64,000 nucleotides of DNA from a virus (Duplodnaviria > Caudoviricetes). Where the stretch lies: the IMG/VR virus record IMGVR_UViG_3300013999_000001, positions 1 to 64,000 of that record, one strand, 5' to 3'. The notes below the pieces were generated by a model that saw nothing but the letters and a program-made list of their open reading frames with translations, was not told the origin of the DNA and made no database searches. Positions 1-9,853 of the stretch are shown one piece after another. Position numbers and translations under genes: made by a program. Each line of letters begins with the position of its first letter. Within the stretch, counting starts at the first letter, position 1.

Positions 1-2
1 CC

Positions 3-1301
3 CCAGCCGCAGCTGCCGCACCGGCCAAACCATCGCTATCGCCGATATCGTCCGCTGCCGCCGCCACGCTCCCGCTAACTATTTCCGCGCCAGCCGCAGC
101 CGCTAATGATGCCAGCAGCTCGGCAACAAAAAAGCTAAATGCTACCGTCCCGGTAATCACTACCGCTGGTGGAGAAGCAGCACAGCCACTATCAGCAAAA
201 CAGCACGAAGCTCAGGCGGAGAAGCAGGAAAAAGCGAAAGAGGCCAAAGGCGCTGCCGGTGAAGATTCTATAACGTCCCGCTTCAAGTCGATGATATCCA
301 AAGGCATGGCCGCAGCCTCGGGCGCTGTCGGACAGGGTGATGCCTGGGTGCAGGAAGTGATGCAGGAACATGGCGTTGAAGGGATGAGCAAGAATCGCCC
401 GGACGCCGGTTTAACACTGCCAGCCGGAATGAAACTGCCTGCCGGTTTAGCCGATGCAGCTCGCACACCGGCAGAGATCGCCAAGCGAACCCGGGCCACC
501 AGCGCAAAGCAGATCTCCGCCTGGGAATCCACAGCACCGGCCAGCAGCATTCCTACCAGCACCATTGCCGGAACAGTGATGCCAGCCGGTCCCACTAATG
601 GCGCAGAAACTGCGCCTCCTAAAGCTAGTACAGGTGTATCTATTGTTCCCGGAGCCAGCGCCACCGTGCAGGAACCAGGTGTGTTTGACAGGGCAATGAG
701 CGGCGCAATGGACGGGTTAAAAGCTGTCGGCGCGTCAATCATGCCTGCCATTGGTGACACGCTGAACCAAACAGTTAGCGGCTTTAGCGGGACACAGGTT
801 ATCGGCGATCTGATGGGCCAGGCAGGCATAGCCGATCCGTCAGTGCAACGCGCGATCGCCCCCATTACCGATAAGGCCGGAAGCTGGCTGGAAGGGGGGG
901 TAGATACCCTCAAGGGAGCCTCCACCGCATTATTCAACGGCCAACTCTTCGAAGGGCGCGAAGAGAAAGGAGGAGTGACGCAGAGTGCGCAGGCGATGAC
1001 CCAGCCACAAATCAGGGAGCAGCCGTCATCCCTTGCTATCCCCGCCGCCATGCAATCCGTTCAGGATCTGGCGCGAAGTGGTGTCCGTACACCGATCAGT
1101 AGCGACAACATCGCAAATTACGATGTCGATATGCTCAAGGAACTGAAAGCGATGAGCGGGACACTGGAGCAACTTTTGGGCGTATCAAAACAGAAAGACG
1201 ATGCGCCAGCAAAAGTGGTGAACACTGCACAACCGGCACCGCGCAAAGATGCGGCGCTGTCCATCAAAGACGATGCGCTTAGCGAGTTACTTAGGGATTA
1301 A
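3..1301 (+). CDS. sit: C-terminal part of Sit (structural injection transglycosylase / tape-measure-like protein); 5' end outside window
   Basis: Frame is open from base 3 through the ORF at 291-1301; Ala/Pro-rich; directly upstream of pmgA-bplA as in P1. Confidence 0.6.
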   Translation, partial: PAAAAAPAKPSLSPISSAAAATLPLTISAPAAAANDASSSATKKLNATVPVITTAGGEAAQPLSAKQHEAQAEKQEKAKEAKGAAGEDSITSRFKSMISKGMAAASGAVGQGDAWVQEVMQEHGVEGMSKNRPDAGLTLPAGMKLPAGLADAARTPAEIAKRTRATSAKQISAWESTAPASSIPTSTIAGTVMPAGPTNGAETAPPKASTGVSIVPGASATVQEPGVFDRAMSGAMDGLKAVGASIMPAIGDTLNQTVSGFSGTQVIGDLMGQAGIADPSVQRAIAPITDKAGSWLEGGVDTLKGASTALFNGQLFEGREEKGGVTQSAQAMTQPQIREQPSSLAIPAAMQSVQDLARSGVRTPISSDNIANYDVDMLKELKAMSGTLEQLLGVSKQKDDAPAKVVNTAQPAPRKDAALSIKDDALSELLRD

Positions 1302-1303
1302 CC

Positions 1304-1666
1304 ATGTTAAACGAGATTGATGCGCTGATGCGCGTGGACGCGGGTGGCGTAACCGTTAAAGAGGGGGCAGCAGATACAAGTTTTATGCGCCTGGAAGAGT
1401 GGCTGCGTACCCCGCTGGGCAGCGTTTACGGCCTGCCAAGCTGGGGTAATCCCATGCAGCGTTATAAGCACGAACCGATAGGCACCGAAAGCAGTCACAT
1501 GGTCGAAGTCGCCATAGAAAACGATCTGGTGTTGAAGCTACGCCAAGACCTGCCAAGCATTCAGCTTCAACAGGTGCGGTGTGAAGCGATATCAGAAGAC
1601 ACGCTGAACATCCGGTTTGTGATGCCAGCGGGCGAGGTCAATTTCCCAATGCAAATGAATAAATAG
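1304..1666 (+). CDS. pmgA: Baseplate wedge protein, gp25-like (P1 PmgA)
   Basis: 120 aa; WLRTPLGSVYGLPSWGN motif typical of gp25/W-like wedge proteins; synteny. Confidence 0.75.
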   Translation: MLNEIDALMRVDAGGVTVKEGAADTSFMRLEEWLRTPLGSVYGLPSWGNPMQRYKHEPIGTESSHMVEVAIENDLVLKLRQDLPSIQLQQVRCEAISEDTLNIRFVMPAGEVNFPMQMNK

Positions 1667-1671
1667 GCGGC

Positions 1672-3123
1672 ATGATGAGCATTAACGAACTACTTGAGAA
1701 ATTTAACGGGCTACTGGAAAAAAACCCGTGGTGGGCGCGTTTCGCTAACAGCCAGTTTATCCAGATGATGAGCATCTTCGGTTCGCAAATTATCTACGCG
1801 GCACAGTCACACGCGCGACGTGCGCTGGGGGAGGGCTTTATTTCCACCGCTACACGCCGCTCAAGTATCCTCGCTGCCGCTGAGGATCGGGGCTATGTGG
1901 GAAGACTGATTATCCCGTCGTGGGGGCGCGTCAAAATCCGCAACAAAACGGCGCGGGAGATCCAACTGCCCGCCAATGCGGAGTTGTTGTCGTCACTGGA
2001 CCTGCCTTACGTAACTGCTGACGCCGTAACAATTCCCCCAGGCCAGACCGTTATTATTGATAATGTCCGCCAGATGGAAAAAGTGCTGGTCAGCAGTGTG
2101 ATCGATACCGCACGTCCCTTCTATACGCTGTTATTGCCACGCGATATCACCGCTGAAACCGCGTCTATCGACGTGTTTGTGGTGATAGACGGCGAGAAGC
2201 GGCAATGGACACATAACCCCATGTTTCGTCTGTCACGCGCCACCAGCGAGCATTATGTGCTGGTGTACCGGCCTACGGAGCAGCTGGGAGTCCGGTTCGG
2301 TGATGATTCATCTGGGGTGATGCCGCCAGCCGGTAGCCGTATTGATGTCGAGGTCTGGTGCAGCACTGGCGATACAACCCTTGCACAGGGTCAAAAGTTG
2401 ACGCCTGCCGGAAATATCGCAGGAATGGTAGAAATGCTGGAAGTAACGACCGAAACGCCTATTACGGGAGGCAGCGGGTTTGAATCCACCGAAGAGACAC
2501 GCTTTCGCGCGCAGTATTATGCAGCGTATGACAATCAGGTTGTATGGGGTGGCGATTATGGCTTTTTCCTGCATCGCCAGGTGCAGGGTATGTCATGGCT
2601 AAACGTCTGGGGTGAGCAGCAGCAGGAAGCCTTTACCGGCGTGCGTGATCTGCGAAATATCAACACGATTTTCATTTGCGGCCATAAACCCGGGGTGAGT
2701 CAGGATCAGCTCGAAAGCCAGTTGCGTGCGAGCCTGGCAGCGATCCCTAATGCGCTGAATAAAAACTTCCGTTACATGCCACTGGTAGCGAAACCTTTCA
2801 CGATCATCTTAACCGGCACAGCCAACAAAAACGTAGTTATCAACGATGCAAAAAAGACAATAATCGAAACACTGGAGAGCCGCTTCGGTTATGACGCGAC
2901 CAGCTTCGGGGAAGATCTGGAACGTGGATCTGAAAGCGACGGCAAAACCGCACAAGTGAAGATAAAAGATGTCTGGACAAGCATTGATGGTCTGGCCCTT
3001 TTGAACCGCTATGAGATAGAGGTTGTCGGCATGCAAAAGCCGGAGAACCTGAGCGATTTTATCTATCTCGATACTTCAAACTCAGTGTTTGATATCAAGC
3101 AAGCAGGGGAGACTACGCGGTGA
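1672..3123 (+). CDS. bplA: Baseplate wedge protein (P1 BplA, J/gp6-like)
   Basis: 483 aa; EGFISTATRRSSILAAAEDRGY and VRFGDD..G..P motifs, GG...ES.EE.R; synteny. Confidence 0.85.
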   Translation: MMSINELLEKFNGLLEKNPWWARFANSQFIQMMSIFGSQIIYAAQSHARRALGEGFISTATRRSSILAAAEDRGYVGRLIIPSWGRVKIRNKTAREIQLPANAELLSSLDLPYVTADAVTIPPGQTVIIDNVRQMEKVLVSSVIDTARPFYTLLLPRDITAETASIDVFVVIDGEKRQWTHNPMFRLSRATSEHYVLVYRPTEQLGVRFGDDSSGVMPPAGSRIDVEVWCSTGDTTLAQGQKLTPAGNIAGMVEMLEVTTETPITGGSGFESTEETRFRAQYYAAYDNQVVWGGDYGFFLHRQVQGMSWLNVWGEQQQEAFTGVRDLRNINTIFICGHKPGVSQDQLESQLRASLAAIPNALNKNFRYMPLVAKPFTIILTGTANKNVVINDAKKTIIETLESRFGYDATSFGEDLERGSESDGKTAQVKIKDVWTSIDGLALLNRYEIEVVGMQKPENLSDFIYLDTSNSVFDIKQAGETTR

Positions 3124-4859
3124 TCAAAGACTGGATTAAAAACCACCTGATCCCTGAAAAACGTGACTCCGGGTTATGGCCCGGATTTGCCGACGCACTC
3201 CAGAAAACCTACGAAGATCAGGTGGAGCCGTTGCTTGAGCGCCTGAGCGCGCGTAAATCGTTCTTCACCATGCATTCTGACGATCTGGATAAGCGAATCA
3301 AAGAATACGGCCAGTTTTTTATTATTGGCGAAAACGGAACGGCAAGCAGACCTATTCTATTAACACAGCGTCTTGATGAGGTGCATTTTAAAGGCACTGA
3401 CCAGCCAATAGTATCAACCTTCTGGCGAGAGTTCGGCAATCTGCCGGTAACGTGGGAGCCACTTTACGCCCCCGTTGACCAGGCTTTATGCCCATACGGT
3501 ATGTTTTTCACGACTGCCGCTGGAATGGAGGTTGCACAAGCCTCTTTCGGTGAGTTTTTCCTAACATCACGCGGCACTATCAGCGTGGATCTCAACAGGC
3601 TGTATGAAATCTACGGATACGCTGAACAGGACAAGCTTGTTAAGCGCCTTATCACTGACTTTGATCGTATTGTTGCCCCTCTACTGCCGCTGGAAACCGT
3701 ATTCGACGGTATCTCACTACGCCTTGACTTCTGGCTTGAAGAGGCGCGCGATGAAATCAATATCGTAAGCATCACGACCGGTTCTAAAGAAGCCAATTTT
3801 ATATTCCGGCCAGCAAAGGAGTCGATGCAGCTCAAGCGCACGTCGATTAACACCGCCGCAGCTATTTCACCGGTAAGACGTTCTCTGGATACTTTTACAC
3901 TGACGCTGGATAGCATGCCGTCTGACGCATGGCGGCTTGATATGCAAATGATTATTCCTCCATTACTTCCGGGAGGCCCCGAGAACGATCCACGCATGCG
4001 CCAAGATAGAACACGCCTATTACTGGATACACTCGGCCAGTGGGGTTGTGTGATGGAGTTGGTCACGGGTGAAGTTCGCCGCCTGGCCTTCCCGGGCTGG
4101 GCGCTTTCAGTGGTGCTGCCGGTCGCCGCAAGCGACCGTTCGCTAATACGTAAAATAACCTGGTGTACCGAGCACGATTCGCAGCTGGTGATGATGTCCA
4201 CGAAAGAAGCCGACCAGCGTATAACCGTTAAGACTCTGGGCATAGACAGCAAGGTCATAATTCCAGCATCTGATCAGTTGCTGACTCTGGAGAGCATTGT
4301 TACCCATACAGAGCAAATCCTGACGCCTTTGATTGCCGGAACAGAAGGCAATCAGCTCACACTCGATGAGATGCCTGCCGACGGCTGGCGACTGGATGCC
4401 CATTCTATCCCTGCGCCGGTGCTGCCAGGTTCGCGGCCAGATCCCCGGATAAGCAGCGACGGCACAAAGGTTACATTGGCGACTCTGGGACAGTGGGGCT
4501 GCGTCATTGAATTGAAGACTGGCGATGTTTTCCGGTTCGCCTTCCCGGGCTGGGGAGATCGCGCAATTTTGCCGTTTGAAATAGAGAACATACGCAAAAT
4601 CACCTACAGCGCGGAACACGACACCGGATTTATGAGCGTGAACGCACAGGAGCAATCAGAGCAGGCCAGTAAATCAGGCGTAACCACTACGTTAAAACCT
4701 TCCATGACGGAAACCGCCCCGGATTTGAGGAGCAAAATAACGGAGCAATGGAGCGCCACGGCCAAAAACACTAAGCCGAACATACCGCAGCAACCAGCAG
4801 CGATTGACGGCATGCCTCTTGATGCATGGACGCTTGACCAGGAGATACCAAAAGAGTAG
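3120..4859 (+). CDS. Baseplate/tail protein, P1 gp16-like, with internally duplicated C-terminal module
   Basis: 579 aa after bplA; repeats LTLDSMPSDAWRLD / LTLDEMPADGWRLD / IDGMPLDAWTLD. Confidence 0.7.
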   Translation: MIKDWIKNHLIPEKRDSGLWPGFADALQKTYEDQVEPLLERLSARKSFFTMHSDDLDKRIKEYGQFFIIGENGTASRPILLTQRLDEVHFKGTDQPIVSTFWREFGNLPVTWEPLYAPVDQALCPYGMFFTTAAGMEVAQASFGEFFLTSRGTISVDLNRLYEIYGYAEQDKLVKRLITDFDRIVAPLLPLETVFDGISLRLDFWLEEARDEINIVSITTGSKEANFIFRPAKESMQLKRTSINTAAAISPVRRSLDTFTLTLDSMPSDAWRLDMQMIIPPLLPGGPENDPRMRQDRTRLLLDTLGQWGCVMELVTGEVRRLAFPGWALSVVLPVAASDRSLIRKITWCTEHDSQLVMMSTKEADQRITVKTLGIDSKVIIPASDQLLTLESIVTHTEQILTPLIAGTEGNQLTLDEMPADGWRLDAHSIPAPVLPGSRPDPRISSDGTKVTLATLGQWGCVIELKTGDVFRFAFPGWGDRAILPFEIENIRKITYSAEHDTGFMSVNAQEQSEQASKSGVTTTLKPSMTETAPDLRSKITEQWSATAKNTKPNIPQQPAAIDGMPLDAWTLDQEIPKE

Positions 4860-4869
4860 GCCTCTCATA

Positions 4870-4904
4870 GAGTATGACTGTAATACTATCGTACAGTCAT
4901 ACTC
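4870..4904. repeat. Perfect 13-bp inverted repeat with 9-nt spacer
   Basis: GAGTATGACTGTA-ATACTATCG-TACAGTCATACTC in the gp16-R intergenic region. Confidence 0.9.
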
Positions 4905-4944
4905 CATTTCTCTTGCTGTCAGCGCTGGAAAGCACTGAACGTTC

Positions 4945-4965
4945 AAAGTACAGACTTAATAACAT
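4945..4965 (+). promoter_or_regulatory. Candidate late promoter (R/S operon)
   Basis: AAAGTACAGA-cttaa-TAACAT matches motif shared by 9 late-gene upstream regions. Confidence 0.65.
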
Positions 4966-4988
4966 CCGACTGAATCTATCAACAGGAG

Positions 4989-5453
4989 TTGTATATGTCG
5001 GATGTTATTTCTTATGCGTCAGCCAGTGGCGCTAAATATAAAGCGCAACTGCTGGACTATTACTACACGCGCCGCGCGCAGTCCGCTATCGGCTTGGGTA
5101 AACGCTTCCAGATGATGAAAGCCTATTGGGGTAAGTCGAATCTGGTTAAACCAAATCCCGAAGGCGGCTGGCTCATTGACGATATCCCAACCAATTTCAC
5201 GAACGCTAACCTGCTGAACAAATTCGCAGAATGCGATCTGATTTGCACTCTACAGGGCGCAACTATCACCGTAAACGTGGTGCTGCCGGAAAGTACGTTG
5301 CCTGCTAACGACGTGTATGACTTCAACACCCTGACGCTGGTTGACGCTGATGGTGCTGCCTTTGCCGTCCTCTGCGCACAGCAGGACAGTATTTACAAAG
5401 GCAAGGTTTACAGCATCCTCCTGACTATTGAACAGAAAGGTAGCGCCGCATGA
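4989..5453 (+). CDS. R: Tail fibre assembly/structural protein R
   Basis: 154 aa between gp16 and tail fibre S, LLDYYYTRRAQS motif; P1 synteny. Confidence 0.7.
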   Translation: MYMSDVISYASASGAKYKAQLLDYYYTRRAQSAIGLGKRFQMMKAYWGKSNLVKPNPEGGWLIDDIPTNFTNANLLNKFAECDLICTLQGATITVNVVLPESTLPANDVYDFNTLTLVDADGAAFAVLCAQQDSIYKGKVYSILLTIEQKGSAA

Positions 5454-8400
5454 GTGAGACAATTAACGGGGTATCTATCCTGAGCGCAGAGACAAAACGC
5501 GCGCTGGTGGCCGATGTTCAATTTTTTGAAACTTTCACGTCTGCCGCGTTTAACCGGAAATTAAAAGGTATTGTAAAAGCAGGTTTTTATGAAGGCTTTG
5601 AGCCCATTTTTACCGGTGGGCTGACACTTACAATTACGTCAAAAAACACACCGGATAAATATGGCGCGGCATCCGTTAACGTGGGCGATCATCAAATCTC
5701 GGTCCACCAGATCGAAGATGTGACCTTTACGCTGCCCGCTGGCGCAACTACGCGTGTGGTTCTGGAAGCAAATTATCAGCAGGGCATAAAAACTGACCAG
5801 GTTGATGCAAACTCTGGCGTACAGGCCGCGCGTCTTTTCCTGTCCGATGTGAAAGTTGCGCTGAAAGGAAATCAGCTGGAAGTGTGCCGGGTTAACATTC
5901 CCAATGGCACAACGGATATTACTGCTGCCATGGTGAGTACGGCAGAGCGCCCGAGCCAGACAATTGGCGTGGAAATGACCAGCGACATTAACAGCCAGGA
6001 TGAAAACATTGCAGCGTCGGCAAAATCGGTTTATCTGGCGTTCATTGCGGCAAAAGAACATTCGACCGCTCTGGTTGCCACAAAACTCATCGGGGCGACG
6101 CAAAACCTGAATACACTTGGTCCGGGCAGTGAAGGACGATGGTCCAAATCAGTTAGCAGCGGAGCTACGATTGAAAATGGCTTCCCGGAAGAACAGGCTG
6201 TAGGCATCCTTGAAGTCATCCCGGGCGGGCAATATGGCGGGACGCAACGCTACACTTCCCGAACCGGAAACGTCTACGTGCGGTCGTTAACCGCATCCTG
6301 GAATGGCACAGATGGCCCCTGGGGGCCGTGGCGCGCAACCCAGATGGCAACACGCCCGCTTAGCACAACTCTTGATCTCAATACTCTTGGCAACCTCGCT
6401 GACATAGGCTTGTGGCGAAACAGCTATAGCTCAATTGCATCAGCGACGTTGAATTTCCCGGTTGAGGCCGGGGAGGGTATGGGTGTTCTTGAGGTATTTG
6501 AAGGCGGGCGCTTTAACATTACGCAGAGATATACTACCTGTCTTGGCCGAATTTTTACCCGCTCTTTAAATGCCGCCTGGAACGGCACCAATGGCCCATG
6601 GTCAGCATGGATTGAAACCAATGACCGACGCGGAACAATCAGCCTCGGGAGCCTGAATGCTTACGGGCCTAATCATATCGGCGCCTGGGCTTGCTTGAAT
6701 TCAACGTATGCGCTTGCAACAAATAACTACCCAATTGAGGGAAGCACAGGAATCGGCGTTCTTGAAGTCTATAGTGGCGGCAACGCACTGTTACAGCGCT
6801 TTACTTCGCGCTTTGGGCGTATGTTTACTCGCACACTGAACGGTGCATGGAATGGCACGGACGGTCCATGGTCTGCATGGGTTGAAGTGGGTACGGCAAA
6901 CATTACCAATCTTCCAGCAGACGCAGTGTCGATGGCCGATCCGCGCTATTTCTATGGCAACGTCATTTACACGATCAATTCAGCTATGCCTGACATGCCA
7001 GAAGGTATTCCATCGCCTTCGGCATGTGTGCTCGTTTCGTATAAGCGAAATTATATTGCTGGTGCATCAATTAACCAGCAGCTGATGGTCCCTGGGGGGC
7101 GTTTATTCTATCGATCAGCTTCTCTTTCTGGTGCAAATAACGACTGGAATACCATCGCCTGGAACGGTGGTGATGCATACGGTTGGAAGGAGGTTCTAAC
7201 GACCGATAGTATCGGTAATGCCTATGGCATTGGCGGAAATACCCCCATTAAAACAGTTGACTTCAACGCCTACGATTTTAAAAGTGGGGAAACTTTTTAC
7301 TTTTCACCCGCAGCCGCGATCAATCTGCCAGAAGGTTTATCATGGGGAGTTAATGTAAACGTAGGTTGCCACGTTATTTTCGCCAGCGATCTTTACTACA
7401 ACCTCCTGCTTATTCCAACCACAACTAACAAAAACGAAAAGTCGTACATTGTAAGGATGCGTGGTGCGCCCGGTACAGTCCGCACGTATGCAGTTGGTGA
7501 GTTGCATGAATCTGGCAGAACTCTTGGTGTTGAATTTGGTGGGACCGGTGGCACCACACCTGCTGAGGCAAGAATAAGTCTTGAGTTAAATTCTCGCTTC
7601 ATTCCCGCAGAAAAAAACATCAATGAAATCGGGCCAGATTTAGAAGGGCGTTGGACCAAAACAACAAGCTCCGGCACCACGTTTGCTAATGGTTTCCCGG
7701 AAGAGGGAACGGTAGGTGTACTGGAAGTATTCGCAGGAGGAAACTTTGGGGGAACTCAAATTTTTACCTCTCGCAGCAGCATGAACTACATGCGCAACCT
7801 TGTTAATACCTGGAACGGTAAAGATGGTCCTTGGGGTGAATGGCGCACACTACAGATGGGAACTCGACCATTAAGTAATACGACTGATATAAATACACTT
7901 GGCGCAGCTATTCATCTTGGGCTATGGCGAAATAGCTCCATGACCATCGCTACCGAAGCAAATCATTACCCTGTCAGCGGATCAGAAGGTCAGGGGTTAC
8001 TGGAGATTTTCGAAGGCGGACTCTTCGGTAAAAGCCAGCGTTACACCACTCATAAGGGCTTGATTTATGTCCGTAGCTTATCTGCGAACTGGAATGGCGT
8101 AGACGGACCTTGGGGGGAATGGGCGTTGGTGGGTACATCATCTCACCCTGGTTACTACAAGGGAGATATGGATTTATTAACCACTCCCGGCGTGTGGTCA
8201 GTTACGGACGGTGATACAGGCGTAACCAATGCGCCAGTTACGCCAGGCGCGCCAACAAGCTCTACTGCAATATGTGAAGTCATTTTACGTTCCAGTACTA
8301 ATTCGATATTGCAACGATGGACATCTATCGTTGGAAATAAGCTTAGTATGAACCGCTCCTGGATTCGCACATTAGCCGGTAATATCTGGTCCCCCTGGGA

Positions 8401-9373
8401 GGTGGTAGGTAGTAAAGCGGTGACTGATCTCGGAATGGGGGTTTCAAACGCTGAGCTCAAAAATTTCGACTGGCAACGCTTCAACTTTCAGAATGGTGCG
8501 TTTTATAACGTAGTGCCTTCATCTTGGTTGAATGCCCCAGCAAAAATGGCTCCGCTAGCCAGCAATAGCGCGACCGTAATGGTACACGTCAAGGGGATGG
8601 CTGGGGATGCACAGGCTGCAAATACACCGGAATGGTGCCACTTTGAAGTTATTACTTATACCTTAACTTCAAAACGCATCTTTGCAGGTATTTACAGGGG
8701 TTTGCCGGGAGAAAGGCAGTACTATATCCATGAACTTTTCCACACTGCCAATACAACGATTGCCGCTGATGGATCGCTGAAAGCTGCATCCCCGATCGTT
8801 AAAATTTTCACTGATGGAACATACGAAAATAACATCGAGTCAGAGGGTGTGACTGTTTCGCGGCTGGAAAAAGGGTTGTATCTGATCAAAGGCTGTACCG
8901 GTCTGAACGCGGACGCATCATGGGGCGGTACTGACGGCGGTTTTGATATACCGATCGATAAAAACAAACAGCCTCTTCTTTGGCTGGACTACGAAGTGCA
9001 TTCAGATGGTTCAATCCTTGTTAAAACGTACCACCGAGTGCATGCAAATTCCCCTCTCTACGCTCAAAACCGAATTGGTTATGAGGATGAAAATGGGAAG
9101 TTTATTGAGACTGTAGCGGACCAGGAGCCAATTGACATCCCTCCTTATCAATTCGTTTCCGTACGCGTTCAGATGTCACAAGAACGTTCGATTGGCTGGG
9201 ATGATTACGCTCCCATCCTTGATGAAGATGAGTCTGCGTCTGAGTTTGAGGAAGATGAGTCTGCGTCTGAGTTTGAGGATGATGAGTCAAAGGCTGAGGC
9301 CAATGAACAGCCATCAATCGTACCGGGGCTGGATGAAGCTGCCGCCCCGCAAGAAGAGAGCGATGAGGAATAA
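5450..9373 (+). CDS. S: Tail fibre protein S with about six knob-like repeats and a conserved C-terminal tail-fibre domain
   Basis: 1307 aa; P1 Sc-like N-terminus (LVADVQFFETFTSAAFNRKLKGI), repeated G.LEV..GG....QRYT....Y.R......WNG.DGPW..W units, C-terminal DGSLKAASPIVKI...DIPIDKNKQPLLWLDY domain. Confidence 0.9.
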   Translation: MSETINGVSILSAETKRALVADVQFFETFTSAAFNRKLKGIVKAGFYEGFEPIFTGGLTLTITSKNTPDKYGAASVNVGDHQISVHQIEDVTFTLPAGATTRVVLEANYQQGIKTDQVDANSGVQAARLFLSDVKVALKGNQLEVCRVNIPNGTTDITAAMVSTAERPSQTIGVEMTSDINSQDENIAASAKSVYLAFIAAKEHSTALVATKLIGATQNLNTLGPGSEGRWSKSVSSGATIENGFPEEQAVGILEVIPGGQYGGTQRYTSRTGNVYVRSLTASWNGTDGPWGPWRATQMATRPLSTTLDLNTLGNLADIGLWRNSYSSIASATLNFPVEAGEGMGVLEVFEGGRFNITQRYTTCLGRIFTRSLNAAWNGTNGPWSAWIETNDRRGTISLGSLNAYGPNHIGAWACLNSTYALATNNYPIEGSTGIGVLEVYSGGNALLQRFTSRFGRMFTRTLNGAWNGTDGPWSAWVEVGTANITNLPADAVSMADPRYFYGNVIYTINSAMPDMPEGIPSPSACVLVSYKRNYIAGASINQQLMVPGGRLFYRSASLSGANNDWNTIAWNGGDAYGWKEVLTTDSIGNAYGIGGNTPIKTVDFNAYDFKSGETFYFSPAAAINLPEGLSWGVNVNVGCHVIFASDLYYNLLLIPTTTNKNEKSYIVRMRGAPGTVRTYAVGELHESGRTLGVEFGGTGGTTPAEARISLELNSRFIPAEKNINEIGPDLEGRWTKTTSSGTTFANGFPEEGTVGVLEVFAGGNFGGTQIFTSRSSMNYMRNLVNTWNGKDGPWGEWRTLQMGTRPLSNTTDINTLGAAIHLGLWRNSSMTIATEANHYPVSGSEGQGLLEIFEGGLFGKSQRYTTHKGLIYVRSLSANWNGVDGPWGEWALVGTSSHPGYYKGDMDLLTTPGVWSVTDGDTGVTNAPVTPGAPTSSTAICEVILRSSTNSILQRWTSIVGNKLSMNRSWIRTLAGNIWSPWEVVGSKAVTDLGMGVSNAELKNFDWQRFNFQNGAFYNVVPSSWLNAPAKMAPLASNSATVMVHVKGMAGDAQAANTPEWCHFEVITYTLTSKRIFAGIYRGLPGERQYYIHELFHTANTTIAADGSLKAASPIVKIFTDGTYENNIESEGVTVSRLEKGLYLIKGCTGLNADASWGGTDGGFDIPIDKNKQPLLWLDYEVHSDGSILVKTYHRVHANSPLYAQNRIGYEDENGKFIETVADQEPIDIPPYQFVSVRVQMSQERSIGWDDYAPILDEDESASEFEEDESASEFEDDESKAEANEQPSIVPGLDEAAAPQEESDEE
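9224..9288 (+). repeat. 27-bp tandem repeat (2.4 copies) encoding EDESASEFE
   Basis: GAAGATGAGTCTGCGTCTGAGTTTGAG at 9224-9250 and 9251-9277 plus partial copy. Confidence 0.9.
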
Positions 9374-9388
9374 AATATAACCTGCATA

Positions 9389-9410
9389 AAGCGCCTCCGG
9401 GCGCTTTTTT
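9389..9410 (+). terminator. Rho-independent terminator after S
   Basis: AAGCGCC-TCCG-GGCGCTT hairpin plus T-run. Confidence 0.75.
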
Positions 9411-9419
9411 CATGCCCGC

Positions 9420-9440
9420 AAAACACAGACAAAATACCTT
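9420..9440 (+). promoter_or_regulatory. Candidate late promoter
   Basis: AAAACACAGA-caaaa-TACCTT. Confidence 0.65.
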
Positions 9441-9475
9441 TATGGCCGAAATTCAAACGCAATGGGAGTTTGCTA

Positions 9476-9763
9476 ATGAAGGATTTAACGCCACTTTATC
9501 ACGCGATGATGGCGGTTTTAGTGCAGTGCCTGATTGGGTTTTCAATAGGGGCATGGGCATTGGGTGGGGCGATTGGCTGCGTGTGGTTTATTGCCCGTGA
9601 ACATACCCAGGCGGAGTATCGCTGGATAGCTCGCTTCGGGAATGGTAAGCGCGCCAACATGCCGTGGTGGGGTGGTTTTGATTACAGGGTATGGAACACC
9701 GCAAGTGCCTTTGATTTTCAGGTGCCGATGCTGGCCTGCATTATCGTTTATACCCTCACCTGA
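9476..9763 (+). CDS. Small hydrophobic phage protein (tail-fibre-associated hypothetical)
   Basis: About 95 aa, GGGAG RBS, two hydrophobic segments, REHTQAEYRWI motif. Confidence 0.7.
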   Translation: MKDLTPLYHAMMAVLVQCLIGFSIGAWALGGAIGCVWFIAREHTQAEYRWIARFGNGKRANMPWWGGFDYRVWNTASAFDFQVPMLACIIVYTLT

Positions 9764-9784
9764 TCCCTTTATTCACATTTCTGC

Positions 9785-9807
9785 AAGCGCCTCCGGGCGC
9801 TTTTTTT
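9785..9807 (+). terminator. Rho-independent terminator, duplicate of 9389-9410
   Basis: AAGCGCCTCCGGGCGC plus T7. Confidence 0.75.
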
Positions 9808-9815
9808 ATGCCCTC

Positions 9816-9836
9816 AAAACACAGACTCCATACCAT
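9816..9836 (+). promoter_or_regulatory. Candidate late promoter (lydA-dar operon)
   Basis: AAAACACAGA-ctcca-TACCAT. Confidence 0.7.
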
Positions 9837-9853
9837 CCAGGCTCGAAGGGAAA

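Noticed and set aside
212-1051. 279-aa minus-strand ORF
   Set aside because: Antisense to the continuous plus-strand frame of sit
4870-4904. loxP-type site
   Set aside because: Spacer is 9 nt, arms do not resemble lox/rox, and a better rox-like site lies next to the recombinase
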